DNA of 64,000 nucleotides from Rickettsia typhi (GTDB lineage Bacteria; Pseudomonadota; Alphaproteobacteria; Rickettsiales; UBA1997): NCBI GenBank assembly GCA_945862075.1, contig CAMAWV010000001.1, positions 2,721 to 66,720 of the forward strand, read 5' to 3'. Shown piece by piece: positions 1 to 10,024 of this stretch (position 1 is its first letter; each line of letters starts with the position of its first letter). The notes under the pieces were generated by a model. It saw only the letters and a program-made list of their open reading frames with translations, ran no database searches and was not told where the DNA came from. The position numbers and the translations under genes were made by a program.

Positions 1-559
1 GACAGGTTTTTTCAACAATATAAAAGCCTTGTTGCGATCTGATTTTACCAGTTCCGTTACAAGTATGACAAGTTTGTGGCTTAGAATTTTCTGCCGCACC
101 ACTACCATCACAAGCATCGCAAGTGCTAGCAATAGCAAAGGTAATTTTCTGCTCAACTCCCAAGAAAGCCTCTTCTAGTGAAATAGTGAGATTATATCGC
201 ACATCGGAGCCATGATTTGATTTTTTGGCAGAAGATGCATCGGAAAACATATCGCCAAAATTACTAAATATATCATTAAAATCAAAGCCCTCAAAACCGC
301 CTCTGCCACCACTAAAACCACTAGAAAAGTTATTGTTATTATCTTGATGACCATATTTATCGTAATGAGCTTTTTTATCTGGATCTTTTAAAGTTTCGTA
401 AGCTTCGGTTGCTTCTTTAAATTTTTTTTCAGCTTCTTTATTGTTTGGATTTCGATCTGGATGATATTGCATTGCCAATTTACGATAGGCTTTTTTAATA
501 TCTTCAAGAGAGGCTGTTTTGCTGATGCCAAGAACTTGGTAGCAATCTGTTTTACTCAT
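1..559 (-). CDS. dnaJ: Molecular chaperone DnaJ, N-terminal ~186 codons; the 3' part of the gene lies beyond the left window edge
   Basis: Reverse-strand translation from the ATG at 557-559 gives [38 protein letters not shown] (J domain with HPD). A Gly/Phe-rich linker follows, then CxxCxGxG zinc-finger motifs ([16 protein letters not shown]). The frame is open to position 1. It is absent from the ORF track because it is edge-truncated. Confidence 0.9.
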   Translation of the reverse strand, partial: MSKTDCYQVLGISKTASLEDIKKAYRKLAMQYHPDRNPNNKEAEKKFKEATEAYETLKDPDKKAHYDKYGHQDNNNNFSSGFSGGRGGFEGFDFNDIFSNFGDMFSDASSAKKSNHGSDVRYNLTISLEEAFLGVEQKITFAIASTCDACDGSGAAENSKPQTCHTCNGTGKIRSQQGFYIVEKTC

Positions 560-730
560 AATTTAAATTTTGTTTTTAATTTTAAAAATTGTTACACCAT
601 GCAACAGTTTTTTATTTTATCAAGTTTAGCAAAAATATAAGATTTTATCTTTTAAAATACAATCATTTTTTTTGATGAAAATCAGTATAAGAAAATGTTA
701 AATAAATTTTAAGAACTTTTGCATTGAGAA

Positions 731-2608
731 TTAATCTAGGGTATAACTTTGTTGCCAATTTTCGTAATCGACAAAATTTGGCTGATTTTCTTTTAATAAC
801 ACAAAATTTTCTATTGCCAAAACATCCATTTCGGTACGCATAAAACATTGATAAGAATCTTGCGGAGAGCAAACTATTGGCTCGCCTCTCACATTAAAAG
901 AAGTATTAATTAAAACTGGGCAATTGGTTTTTTGATAAAATTGCTGTAATAAAGCATAAAATTTAGGGTTGGTTTTTTGATGAACAGTTTGAATTCTGGC
1001 AGAATAATCGATATGAGTTACCGCAGGAATGCTTGATTTAACAATATTTAATTTTGCTATACCAAATAAATTTTTTTGCTCTTCACTAATTGGCAAACAA
1101 TGTTTTGGTAAAACCGAAGCAACCATTAACATATAAGGACTGTCAATATCTGGAATATCAAAATATTCAGTGAGATATTCTCTTAAAATTGCAGGAGCGA
1201 AAGGGCGAAAAGATTCGCGATATTTAATTTTTAAATTCATAATTGATTGCATTTTTTGGCTTCTGGCATCGCCAATAATACTTCTGGCACCAAGTGCTCT
1301 TGGACCGAATTCTGATCGACCCTGATGCCAACCAACTACTTTTTCTTGACAGAGTAAATCGGTTAAATAATTATTAAACTGCCCCTGATCGTTAAAATAT
1401 AAATAATTTGCTCCAATGCTATCGAGATATTGCTTTACTTCGTTATTAGTATAACCTTTACCAAGATAAGAGCCTTGCATACTATCGCTATTTGCTTGCG
1501 CTTCTCGTTGATTGTTAAGATGATTGTAATAAATAGCATATGCCACACCAAGTGCACCGCCAGCATCGCCAGAAGCTGGTTGAAGCCAAATATTTTGAAA
1601 GATTTTTTCTTTTAATAACTTGCCGTTAGCTACACAATTTAAAGCCACCCCACCCGACATAGTAAGATTTTGTGAACCTGTAATTTTTTGAGCGGTTTTT
1701 GCCAATTTGATAACAACTTCTTCGGTTACATCTTGTAAAGATCTGGCTAAATCCATTTCGAATTGAGTTATTTCGGCTTCTGGTTTTCTAGGTTTTTTAT
1801 CAAATAATTTATTAAAATGTTTGTTGGTCATAGTTAAGCCAACGGTATAATTAAAATATTTCATGTTCAGCCGAAACGAACCATCTGGCTTAATATCGAT
1901 TAAATTATTTTTAATAACATCAACATAAATTGGCTTGCCATAAGGAGCCAAGCCCATAACTTTATATTCGCCAGAATTAACTTTAAAACCAGTAAAATAA
2001 GTAATTGCCGAATAAAGCAAGCCAAGAGAATGTGGAAAATGAATTTCTTGTAAAAAATCAATTTTATTATTTTTGCCATAACCAATTGAAGTAGTAACCC
2101 ACTCGCCTACACCATCCATGGTAAGAATTGCCGATTCTTGATAAGGAGAAGGGTAAAAACAACTGCCAGCATGCGATAAATGATGTTCGGCAAATAATAA
2201 TTTACTTGCTATAATTTTTTTTGCTTCTACCAAAGACACCTGTTGCTCTGCTACATATAAAGAAGCAAGCTCTTTAATAAGGGTATTTTTTAAAAATAAT
2301 TTTTCTTTCAACCAGCTAGGCATTGCCATAAGAAAAGATTTAAAACCAAATGGAGCTTCTGCCAAATAGGTTTCAAGCAATCTTTCAAATTTTAAAAATG
2401 GTTTATCGTAAAATCCAATATAATCAACTTCACTAAATTTGATGCCAGCTTCTTGCAAGCAATATTTTAAAGCCTCTATTGGAAATGCACTATCGTGTTT
2501 CTTTCGAGTAAACCTTTCTTCTTGAGAAGCCGAAATAATATTTTGATTATGCAATAAAGCAACCGCAGAATCGTGATAATAAGCAGAAATACCAAGAATA
2601 TAAGACAT
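731..2608 (-). CDS. Carbamoyltransferase, NodU/CmcH family (SxtI-like O-carbamoyltransferase)
   Basis: 625-aa ORF. The N-terminus ILGISAYYHDSAVALL...QEERFTRKKHDSAFP and the overall length are typical of NodU/CmcH carbamoyltransferases. Internal GDAGGALG is the ASKHA-type motif. Confidence 0.88.
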   Translation of the reverse strand: MSYILGISAYYHDSAVALLHNQNIISASQEERFTRKKHDSAFPIEALKYCLQEAGIKFSEVDYIGFYDKPFLKFERLLETYLAEAPFGFKSFLMAMPSWLKEKLFLKNTLIKELASLYVAEQQVSLVEAKKIIASKLLFAEHHLSHAGSCFYPSPYQESAILTMDGVGEWVTTSIGYGKNNKIDFLQEIHFPHSLGLLYSAITYFTGFKVNSGEYKVMGLAPYGKPIYVDVIKNNLIDIKPDGSFRLNMKYFNYTVGLTMTNKHFNKLFDKKPRKPEAEITQFEMDLARSLQDVTEEVVIKLAKTAQKITGSQNLTMSGGVALNCVANGKLLKEKIFQNIWLQPASGDAGGALGVAYAIYYNHLNNQREAQANSDSMQGSYLGKGYTNNEVKQYLDSIGANYLYFNDQGQFNNYLTDLLCQEKVVGWHQGRSEFGPRALGARSIIGDARSQKMQSIMNLKIKYRESFRPFAPAILREYLTEYFDIPDIDSPYMLMVASVLPKHCLPISEEQKNLFGIAKLNIVKSSIPAVTHIDYSARIQTVHQKTNPKFYALLQQFYQKTNCPVLINTSFNVRGEPIVCSPQDSYQCFMRTEMDVLAIENFVLLKENQPNFVDYENWQQSYTLD

Positions 2609-2613
2609 GTTTT

Positions 2614-3579
2614 TTATTTGTTTTTGTTAAGCCAATTAAAAATTTTATCGGCAACAAATTCATGACCTTGCCGATTCCAGTGGTTGCCTTGTTGCGGAAA
2701 GCGAAAATCATTTTTTAAATTAATGAAAGTAATATTTTGTTGTTTTAAAAATTTTTCTAAATCATCATCAGAATCAATAATACCAACAATAAATTGAGTA
2801 TTTTTTGCTTGTAAAAATTGATTGATATTTTTTAAAATTGCCCAAGTTGGATCTGGTAAAGATCTTTTTTTAGCAAGGTTATGTTGTGCTCGATAAAATA
2901 ATTTAGCTAACCATTGAACCACATGCGATTTTGCTAAAACAGGGTGATTAGAAGCAAAATTTAGCATTTTATAATTGCCAGAAATTGGTACTGGCACACC
3001 TTGCAATAAAAGCTCGCCTGCATTATTTTGCAAAAAGTACGGTTTATAATAACCGCCATAAACAACGTTGTTTCTATTGTCATAATAATCGTTGGCACAA
3101 AAAATAAGAAAAACTTTTTGTGGCTTAATTTTATCGTAAAATTGTTGCAAAAGCAAAAATTCTTGGCCGGTTCCGTAGCCACTAACTCCCAGATTATAAA
3201 TTGCATATTGTTGTTGTAATTTTTTTTGTAATAAAGAAGTAAAGATTTTTTCATTTTCTACATCGTAGCCCCAAACAAAAGAATCGCCTAAAAACATTAG
3301 AGCAGGGCTATTTGGATGATTATTTGCATCGCGAAAACCCTGATTGTTATGTGAAACAGTAATTTCTTGACTGCCTATAAATTTTTGTTGTAGATTTGGC
3401 TTTGGAAACCAACCTAAAGTTTGATGATGATTATAAGATAAATTTCGTTCATCTTGCTTTAAAGAAAAGGGTAAAATTTTTCTTACAGCAAATTCGCAAA
3501 TAAGCAGAGAGAAGAAGGTTACAATTAATAGCAAAAATAAATTAACAATGAGAGATTTTATTTTATGGTAATTTAACAT
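2614..3579 (-). CDS. SGNH/GDSL-type hydrolase-like protein with an N-terminal membrane anchor
   Basis: 321-aa ORF with an N-terminal hydrophobic helix (LIVNLFLLLIVTFFSLLICEF). SGNH blocks are present: FLGDSFVWGY (block I), NLGVSGYGTGQ (block II), IFCANDYYDN (block III) and a C-terminal HWN. It sits 5 nt upstream of the carbamoyltransferase on the same strand. Confidence 0.6.
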   Translation of the reverse strand: MLNYHKIKSLIVNLFLLLIVTFFSLLICEFAVRKILPFSLKQDERNLSYNHHQTLGWFPKPNLQQKFIGSQEITVSHNNQGFRDANNHPNSPALMFLGDSFVWGYDVENEKIFTSLLQKKLQQQYAIYNLGVSGYGTGQEFLLLQQFYDKIKPQKVFLIFCANDYYDNRNNVVYGGYYKPYFLQNNAGELLLQGVPVPISGNYKMLNFASNHPVLAKSHVVQWLAKLFYRAQHNLAKKRSLPDPTWAILKNINQFLQAKNTQFIVGIIDSDDDLEKFLKQQNITFINLKNDFRFPQQGNHWNRQGHEFVADKIFNWLNKNK

Positions 3580-3597
3580 GGTGGTGTAAAATAAAGG

Positions 3598-3747
3598 TTA
3601 AAATAAAGTGTAAATAAAAGGGGCAACAGCAGATCCTTGGGCAAAAACCAACAACACTCCTAGCAATAACATAACTAAAATTATTGGCAACAACCAAAAT
3701 TTTTTACGCGCTTTTAAAAAACTCCATAATTCTTGTAAGAAAGACAT
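3598..3747 (-). CDS. Small (49 aa) membrane protein, DUF5989/SxtK-like
   Basis: Not in the ORF track (<60 aa). Reverse translation from the ATG at 3745-3747 gives MSFLQELWSFLKARKKFWLLPIILVMLLLGVLLVFAQGSAVAPFIYTLF, with the stop at 3598-3600. The pattern is an amphipathic N-terminus, KKFWLLP and a single TM helix. This matches the small protein that usually accompanies SxtJ-like and carbamoyltransferase genes. It starts 1 nt after the upstream gene. Confidence 0.6.
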   Translation of the reverse strand: MSFLQELWSFLKARKKFWLLPIILVMLLLGVLLVFAQGSAVAPFIYTLF

Positions 3748-3748
3748 A

Positions 3749-4153
3749 TTAAAACTGATTAATCATTGAGCCGGGCTGGATTTTACGTGCAATAAAATAA
3801 CTATTAGAATTTGGTTGTAATTTTTTTTGTAATAAATCTTTACCAAATAATTTTAAAAAAAATCCTATTGGCACAAACAAAACAAAAAACAATAAAAACA
3901 TAATAATAGTAGAGTTTATTTTACCAACGAAATTACCAAAAATAATCCAATAATCGATAATTTTCGTTTTAACAAAAAAAGCAGGAGAAAAAGAAGATAT
4001 AACAAAAAAGATAAAAGCAACAAGCCAAAACAAATAGTGAAACTTAATGGCAAAAAAAATAAAAATGGCAGACCAAATATAGCCAAAAACCATAGAGTTA
4101 TATTTTGCTTGAGTTTTTTTGTTATTTTCGTTGCTATTATGATGATTAAGCAT
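3749..4153 (-). CDS. SxtJ-like membrane protein
   Basis: 134-aa ORF with three hydrophobic segments and a polar N-terminus. Its size, topology and position directly upstream of a DUF5989-like gene and a carbamoyltransferase match the SxtJ family context. Confidence 0.55.
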   Translation of the reverse strand: MLNHHNSNENNKKTQAKYNSMVFGYIWSAIFIFFAIKFHYLFWLVAFIFFVISSFSPAFFVKTKIIDYWIIFGNFVGKINSTIIMFLLFFVLFVPIGFFLKLFGKDLLQKKLQPNSNSYFIARKIQPGSMINQF

Positions 4154-4353
4154 AGAAAAAATATTTAAAAATTATATGATATCTGTAAAAACAGATTAGT
4201 CAGCAAAAAATTTTATTATGATTTTTGATAAATACAAGTGTAATTTTATAAAATAAGTAAAAATAGCATTTTTTCTTAAAAATATAGTTGCATTTAAATG
4301 CTAACTTTATTAGTATTGATAACAATGATAACATCACCAAATTTTGTATTACA

Positions 4354-5718
4354 ATGCTTGATAATCACTCAAAAACAACAAATTGGCACCCTGCTTCGTG
4401 GAGAAACTTTCCTATTAAGCAACAGCCAACCTACCAAAATTTAGCTCATTTAACACAAGTAGAGCAAGAATTATCTAGCTTTCCCCCTTTGGTTTCGTGC
4501 GACGAAATTCATCAACTACAACAACAACTTATTTTGGTTGAAAAAGGAGAGGCTTTTTTATTGCAAGGCGGCGATTGCGCCGAGAGTTTTTTAGAATTTT
4601 CTGCCAATAACCTAAAAAACTATTTTCGCACCATTATGCAAATGACTGTTGCTTTAATGTATGGCCTAAAAAAACCCGTTGTTAAGGTTGGTAGAATAGC
4701 AGGTCAGTATGCTAAACCCAGATCAACCGATAATGAAACTATCCATAACCAAACTTTTCCTGCTTATCGTGGCGACATTATTAATAGTATCGATTTTAAT
4801 TCCGATGCACGAAATGCCAATCCTTCTAGGTTAATTCAAGCTTATTTTTATTCTGCTGCTTCGCTTAATTTTTTACGATCTTTAGCTCTTGGTGGCTATG
4901 GTAACCTAGAAAAAATCAATCAATGGAATCAAGAATTCAACCATGCTTTAAATAGTCAACAAAATATTAATCATATCACCGATAAAATTAATGATATTTT
5001 AAATTTTTTAAATTCCTGCGGCATTAAATACAGCGAAATTCCACAATTTACTACAGCTAGTTTTTTTACCTCTCACGAATCCCTCTTACTAAACTACGAA
5101 CAATGTTTTACACGTTTTGTTGCCGAACACAACAAATTTTATAATCTTAGCGCCCATATGCTCTGGATTGGCGATCGCACTCGTTGCCCAAAAAGTGCTC
5201 ATGTTGAGTTTATTTCTGGCATTGCAAATCCAGTGGCTTTTAAAGTTGGTCCAACCATCACCGAAAAAGAGCTTCTAGAACTTCTTGAAATTCTTAACCC
5301 ACATAATATTTCTGGTCGAATTACCTTAATCTCTAGAATGGGCAAAGATTTAATTAATCAAAAATTACCTAACCTAATAAAAGCAGTAAAAAACAACGGC
5401 AATAAAGTTATTTGGTCTTGCGATCCTATGCATGGCAACACTATGAAATCTTCTAATGGCTATAAAACTCGTGATTTTAATCACATTTTGCAAGAAGTGA
5501 AAGCTTTTTTTCAAATTCATCAACAACTTGGCACTATTGCAGGCGGAGTGCATTTTGAACTTACTGGGCAAGATGTTACCGAATGTTTGGGAGGCAATCA
5601 AAATATCTCAGAATTAAATTTATCTGATCGCTACCATACTCATTGCGATCCGCGTTTAAACTCTTCACAGAGCATTGAAATGGCCTTTACTATTGCTTCT
5701 GAACTTGCTAAAAGTTAA
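4354..5718 (+). CDS. 3-deoxy-7-phosphoheptulonate (DAHP) synthase, class II
   Basis: WHPASWRNFPIKQQPTYQN near the N-terminus, LLQGGDCAESF, KPRS, the C-terminal HFELTG...ECLGG and the ~455-aa length are class II DAHP synthase hallmarks. I prefer the ATG at 4354 (MLDNHSK...) over the TTG at 4288 used by the ORF track. Confidence 0.88.
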   Translation: MLDNHSKTTNWHPASWRNFPIKQQPTYQNLAHLTQVEQELSSFPPLVSCDEIHQLQQQLILVEKGEAFLLQGGDCAESFLEFSANNLKNYFRTIMQMTVALMYGLKKPVVKVGRIAGQYAKPRSTDNETIHNQTFPAYRGDIINSIDFNSDARNANPSRLIQAYFYSAASLNFLRSLALGGYGNLEKINQWNQEFNHALNSQQNINHITDKINDILNFLNSCGIKYSEIPQFTTASFFTSHESLLLNYEQCFTRFVAEHNKFYNLSAHMLWIGDRTRCPKSAHVEFISGIANPVAFKVGPTITEKELLELLEILNPHNISGRITLISRMGKDLINQKLPNLIKAVKNNGNKVIWSCDPMHGNTMKSSNGYKTRDFNHILQEVKAFFQIHQQLGTIAGGVHFELTGQDVTECLGGNQNISELNLSDRYHTHCDPRLNSSQSIEMAFTIASELAKS

Positions 5719-8324
5719 TGCTTACAAACAACATAATAACAGAAGCTTCTAAACCACAAATAAAGGCATCTGATCCTGATATTAACTGCTGGTTAATGGC
5801 CTCTGCCGGATCTGGCAAAACTAAAGTTTTAGTTGATCGTTTTGTTCGATTACTGCTTGCTTCAGTTTTGCCACAAGAAATTTTATGCCTCACCTTCACT
5901 GAAAAAGCCTGCAAAGAAATGGAAGAACGTATTTTTCATACACTCGAAAAACTAGCCGTTGCTAACGAAACCAATTTAATTATCGAACTAGAAAATATTT
6001 TAGGCAAAAAACCATCGCCAAGTCAGTGTCGGAAGGCTCAAATACTTTTTGCCGAAATGATTGATTGCGAATATCCTATTAAAATACAAACCTTTCATAG
6101 TTTTTGTAAAACAATTTTACAACTTTTTCCGATAGAAGCAAAAGTGCCTATTCACTTTGAAATCATTGAAACCAATCGCGAGCAATATATTCTTAAAAAG
6201 ATTTGGCAAGAAGTTGTGCAAGACCAACAAAATCATCAGTTGTTAAAAAATATTTTAAATAACACCACCGAATATACTTTGAAAAAAATCATTGAATCTT
6301 TTATTAGCAACCTAGATAAAATGAAAGATTGGCAGTTTTATGGCGATTCAGTATCAAAAGAAATTCAGCAAGAATTAAAGCAAAAATTTAATATCAACAG
6401 CAGTCACACCGTTGCAGATCTTTGCTTATCAACCCTACAAAATCTTGATTTTGAGAGATTTTATAAAATAATTGAAAAAAATTCTAAAACAAGTATACTT
6501 TTCAAAATTCTTACTTTTTTACAAGAAAAAAATTTTACCAACAATCTTAACAAACACAATTGCCAACCGCAACATCTTGAAGAGCTCTATCTTTTAATGA
6601 TAACCACAAAAAAAAATACTATTTATCAAGAATTAGCAAAACTTAAAGATGATTTTATCATAAACTTTTTTAATGAATTGCAAAATTTTATGGCAAATAA
6701 GAATATTTTGGAAGATATTAATCAAACTACCCTTATTTTAGAGTTAGTTTTTTTAATAATACAAAAATATCAACAATATAAAAACCAACATAATTTACTA
6801 AATTTTAACGATCTTATTTTTTATAGCAAAGAACTTTTAAAAAGCGATGCCGATTGGGTAAAAATGAAACTCGATAGTAATATTAATCATATTTTGCTTG
6901 ATGAAGCTCAAGATACCAGCCCTTGGCAGTGGGAAATTATTAAAGCTCTCACCGAAGAATTTGAGGTAGGCGAATCGGCAAACACCAGACCAAGAAGTTT
7001 TTTTGTGGTAGGCGATGAAAAACAATCTATTTATGCTTTTCAAGGAGCCAACATAGAAAACACCAGTAAGCAATTTGATTATTTTCAAAACAAACTAAAA
7101 CTAGAAACCATCAATCTCATCCATTCTTTTCGCTCTGGTAAAGAAATTTTAGAAGCAATAGACACTATTTTTTGCCACAACAACATTACTTCATCTTTAG
7201 TAAAAAATACTAACTATAATCGGCATTTACCAGTCAAAAATATCAAGTCACAATTTTTTTTACTAGAAACATCTCCAAAGACACAATCTACAAATGATTA
7301 TCAAAAGAATATGGAATTTGCTAGAAAAATAGCTAGTAAAATCAAAGATTGGGTAGAAAATGGCAAAACATTATCAAATAATAAAGCTCTGCAATATAGC
7401 GATATTTTATTGTTATTTCAACAAAAAAAACAAGCATCTTATCTTGAAAAAGCTTTTTACGAAGAAAAAATTCCATTTGTTGGCATCGATAAAGAATATT
7501 GCCTAGACTTGTTATTAATTAACGATATTATTACATTGGCAGAGTTCGTTTTAAATCAAGAAAACAATTTTAATTTAGCCTGTTTGTTAAAATCGCCATT
7601 TTGTGACAAATCAGAAGAATTTATACAAAACTTAATTTTTGATAGCCAAAATGCTAAAAGTAGCTTATGGGAAGTAGCAAAAAATAACCATGAACTGCAA
7701 TGTTTAAATAATTTTTTATTACTTTTTCAAAAAAATAATTTGTTTGATTTTTTTTATCAAGTGTTAAAAAATCCAATCATCAACAATATTTTTGTAACTA
7801 GATTCGGCAATAAAGCTTGGTTAATGCTTGATGAATTTTTATTTTTATTGCATAATTTTATTAGTAAAAACAGTGCGAATCTATGGCAATTCCTTGAATA
7901 TCTTTACAACATTAACCCAGAAATAGCTATTCAAAATCAACAAAAAAATACACTACGCATGATGAGCGTACATTCTGCTAAAGGCTTACAATCGCCAATT
8001 GTTATTATTCCCTATGCTACACAACAACGAAGTTTTCAAAATCGTGATCAAATTTTATGGCTAGAGAATCAAGAAAATCAATCATCTTTTCCTATTATTT
8101 TTACTTCCAAAACATGTAAATCTCATAGCAAGATCAACACTTATTTACAGCAAAAATATAATCAAGAAGAACAAGAAAACCACAGATTGTTTTATGTAGC
8201 CCTTACCAGAGCAGAAGAAGAGCTTTACTTAACTGGCGTAGAAAAAGCGAGAAGTAAAGTAACTTGGTATGAGATGAGCAAAAATGCCATTAATACAATT
8301 TCAAATTTAAATAAAAAATTATGA
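5718..8324 (+). CDS. UvrD/AddA-like superfamily 1 DNA helicase; no C-terminal nuclease domain visible
   Basis: Walker A ASAGSGKTKVL, motif II LLDEAQDTSP, motif III VVGDEKQSIYAFQGA, motif V MSVHSAKGLQ and motif VI LFYVALTRAEEELYL. The protein ends ~35 aa after motif VI. Its start overlaps the upstream stop by 1 nt (TAATG). Confidence 0.75.
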   Translation: MLTNNIITEASKPQIKASDPDINCWLMASAGSGKTKVLVDRFVRLLLASVLPQEILCLTFTEKACKEMEERIFHTLEKLAVANETNLIIELENILGKKPSPSQCRKAQILFAEMIDCEYPIKIQTFHSFCKTILQLFPIEAKVPIHFEIIETNREQYILKKIWQEVVQDQQNHQLLKNILNNTTEYTLKKIIESFISNLDKMKDWQFYGDSVSKEIQQELKQKFNINSSHTVADLCLSTLQNLDFERFYKIIEKNSKTSILFKILTFLQEKNFTNNLNKHNCQPQHLEELYLLMITTKKNTIYQELAKLKDDFIINFFNELQNFMANKNILEDINQTTLILELVFLIIQKYQQYKNQHNLLNFNDLIFYSKELLKSDADWVKMKLDSNINHILLDEAQDTSPWQWEIIKALTEEFEVGESANTRPRSFFVVGDEKQSIYAFQGANIENTSKQFDYFQNKLKLETINLIHSFRSGKEILEAIDTIFCHNNITSSLVKNTNYNRHLPVKNIKSQFFLLETSPKTQSTNDYQKNMEFARKIASKIKDWVENGKTLSNNKALQYSDILLLFQQKKQASYLEKAFYEEKIPFVGIDKEYCLDLLLINDIITLAEFVLNQENNFNLACLLKSPFCDKSEEFIQNLIFDSQNAKSSLWEVAKNNHELQCLNNFLLLFQKNNLFDFFYQVLKNPIINNIFVTRFGNKAWLMLDEFLFLLHNFISKNSANLWQFLEYLYNINPEIAIQNQQKNTLRMMSVHSAKGLQSPIVIIPYATQQRSFQNRDQILWLENQENQSSFPIIFTSKTCKSHSKINTYLQQKYNQEEQENHRLFYVALTRAEEELYLTGVEKARSKVTWYEMSKNAINTISNLNKKL

Positions 8325-10015
8325 ATTTCAGCGATCTTACCTGTTTAAATGATATTGTTATTTATCATAAACAAAATTTTCATAATCCAACATTACTTAA
8401 TTGCCTAGGTAGTGGCAAAATTATTTCAAGCCAAGAATTTTGCCAAGAAGTTAATAATATTGCTTGGGGTCTAAAACAATTACCAGCAATTTCGCAAAAT
8501 AATATTGTGGTAATTTATTGCTATCAAAGTTGGCAATGGTTGGTATGTGATTTAGCAATAGCTTCAATTGGTTTAGTAAGTTCACCGATGTTTCATAATG
8601 TCAGTAAAAAAAATTTGCAATATCAATTAGAACTCCTCCAAGCAAAAGTTATCATCACTGATAAACCAGATTTTGCCCAAGAAAATTGTCATCTCTACAC
8701 CATCATCACCATCGGATTTAATCATCCACAATGTCTTAACTTTACCGAATTAAGCAAAATAGGCGAGAGGCAAAATAAATCATACAGCGAGCTACCAAAA
8801 AGCTTAAGTAACGATCTTGCTACCATTGTTTTTACTTCTGGCACCAGTGGTTTACCAAAAGGGGTAATGCTAAGTCATGGCAATTTAATTAGCCAAATTA
8901 TCGATTCTTCAGTTTTTTTTATACTTTCTGCTCAACAAAAAGTACTTTCTTATCTGCCTCTAGCTCACATTTTTGAAAGAATGGTAATGCTTTTTTACCT
9001 CACTCAAGGAGTGAGTATTTATTTTGTTGATGATATATCTAAAATACCTCAATATTTACAACAAGTGCGTCCTAATTTATTTACTACTGTTCCTAGATTA
9101 TTAGAAAAAGCATTTAATAAGATCAAGCAAAAAAGCCAGCACGGCAACATTTTAAGCCGACTTCTACTCAAAATTGCCTTTTATAAGGCAAAAAATTTTA
9201 GCCCCACACATAAAACAACTTTTTCAGATCTTGTTCTTGATTTTTTATTATATCGTAAGTTAAGAGCTTTTTTTGGTGGAAAAGTTCAAACTATTATTTG
9301 CGGTGGAGCCGCTTTACCACAAGAAATTGAAAAATTTTTACATAGCATTGGCCTTGCAGTTTATTGCGGTTATGGTCTCACCGAAAGTTCGCCAGTTTTA
9401 GCAACTAACTGTCAAGCTCGTTATCAACTAGGAACTGTTGGCGCCTGCTTTCCTTCGGTCAAATTAAAGCTTGCCCCTGATGGCGAACTTTTAGCAAGTG
9501 GCAAAAACATTATGCTTGGCTATTTTAAAGAAGAAGAGCAAACTAAACAAGTTTTACAAGATGGCTGGCTTCACACAGGCGACTTGGCCGAGATAAAAGA
9601 TGAATTTATAAAAATTATTGGCAGAAAAAAAGAGCTACTAAAAACCAGTAACGGTAAATATGTCATGGCAAATTATTTACAACAACTACTTCAACAACAA
9701 ATCACTGGACTCCTTGGTAGTGTTATTATTGCCGAAGGTAAACCTTTTGTTTCAGCTTTACTGTTTTTTGAGTCAGAAAATTTAGCAATATTACAAAAAC
9801 AATATAATCAGCAAAATCTTAATATTTGGATAGAACAAGAAATTACTAAAATTAATCGGCAACTTGATAGTTGGCAACAGATCAAAAAATTTTGCATTAT
9901 CACCGAACAGATTTCTATTGAAAACGAACAAATAACCCCTTCTTATAAGCTAAAAACAAATATTTTGCAACAACAATTTGCCACCGAAATTACGAAATTT
10001 TATGAAATTACCTAA
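8321..10015 (+). CDS. AMP-dependent long-chain fatty acid--CoA ligase
   Basis: AMP-binding signature IVFTSGTSGLPKGVMLSH, GYGLTESSP, TGDLAEI and GRKKELLKTSNGKYV. ATGA start/stop overlap with the upstream helicase gene. Confidence 0.82.
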   Translation: MNFSDLTCLNDIVIYHKQNFHNPTLLNCLGSGKIISSQEFCQEVNNIAWGLKQLPAISQNNIVVIYCYQSWQWLVCDLAIASIGLVSSPMFHNVSKKNLQYQLELLQAKVIITDKPDFAQENCHLYTIITIGFNHPQCLNFTELSKIGERQNKSYSELPKSLSNDLATIVFTSGTSGLPKGVMLSHGNLISQIIDSSVFFILSAQQKVLSYLPLAHIFERMVMLFYLTQGVSIYFVDDISKIPQYLQQVRPNLFTTVPRLLEKAFNKIKQKSQHGNILSRLLLKIAFYKAKNFSPTHKTTFSDLVLDFLLYRKLRAFFGGKVQTIICGGAALPQEIEKFLHSIGLAVYCGYGLTESSPVLATNCQARYQLGTVGACFPSVKLKLAPDGELLASGKNIMLGYFKEEEQTKQVLQDGWLHTGDLAEIKDEFIKIIGRKKELLKTSNGKYVMANYLQQLLQQQITGLLGSVIIAEGKPFVSALLFFESENLAILQKQYNQQNLNIWIEQEITKINRQLDSWQQIKKFCIITEQISIENEQITPSYKLKTNILQQQFATEITKFYEIT

Positions 10016-10024
10016 TCACCTAAC

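Noticed and set aside
4288-4353. TTG start at 4288 for the DAHP synthase ORF, as in the ORF track.
   Set aside because: The extra 22 codons (MHLNANFISIDNNDNITKFCIT) have no counterpart in class II DAHP synthases as I recall them. The ATG at 4354 gives a conventional N-terminus. The start remains uncertain.
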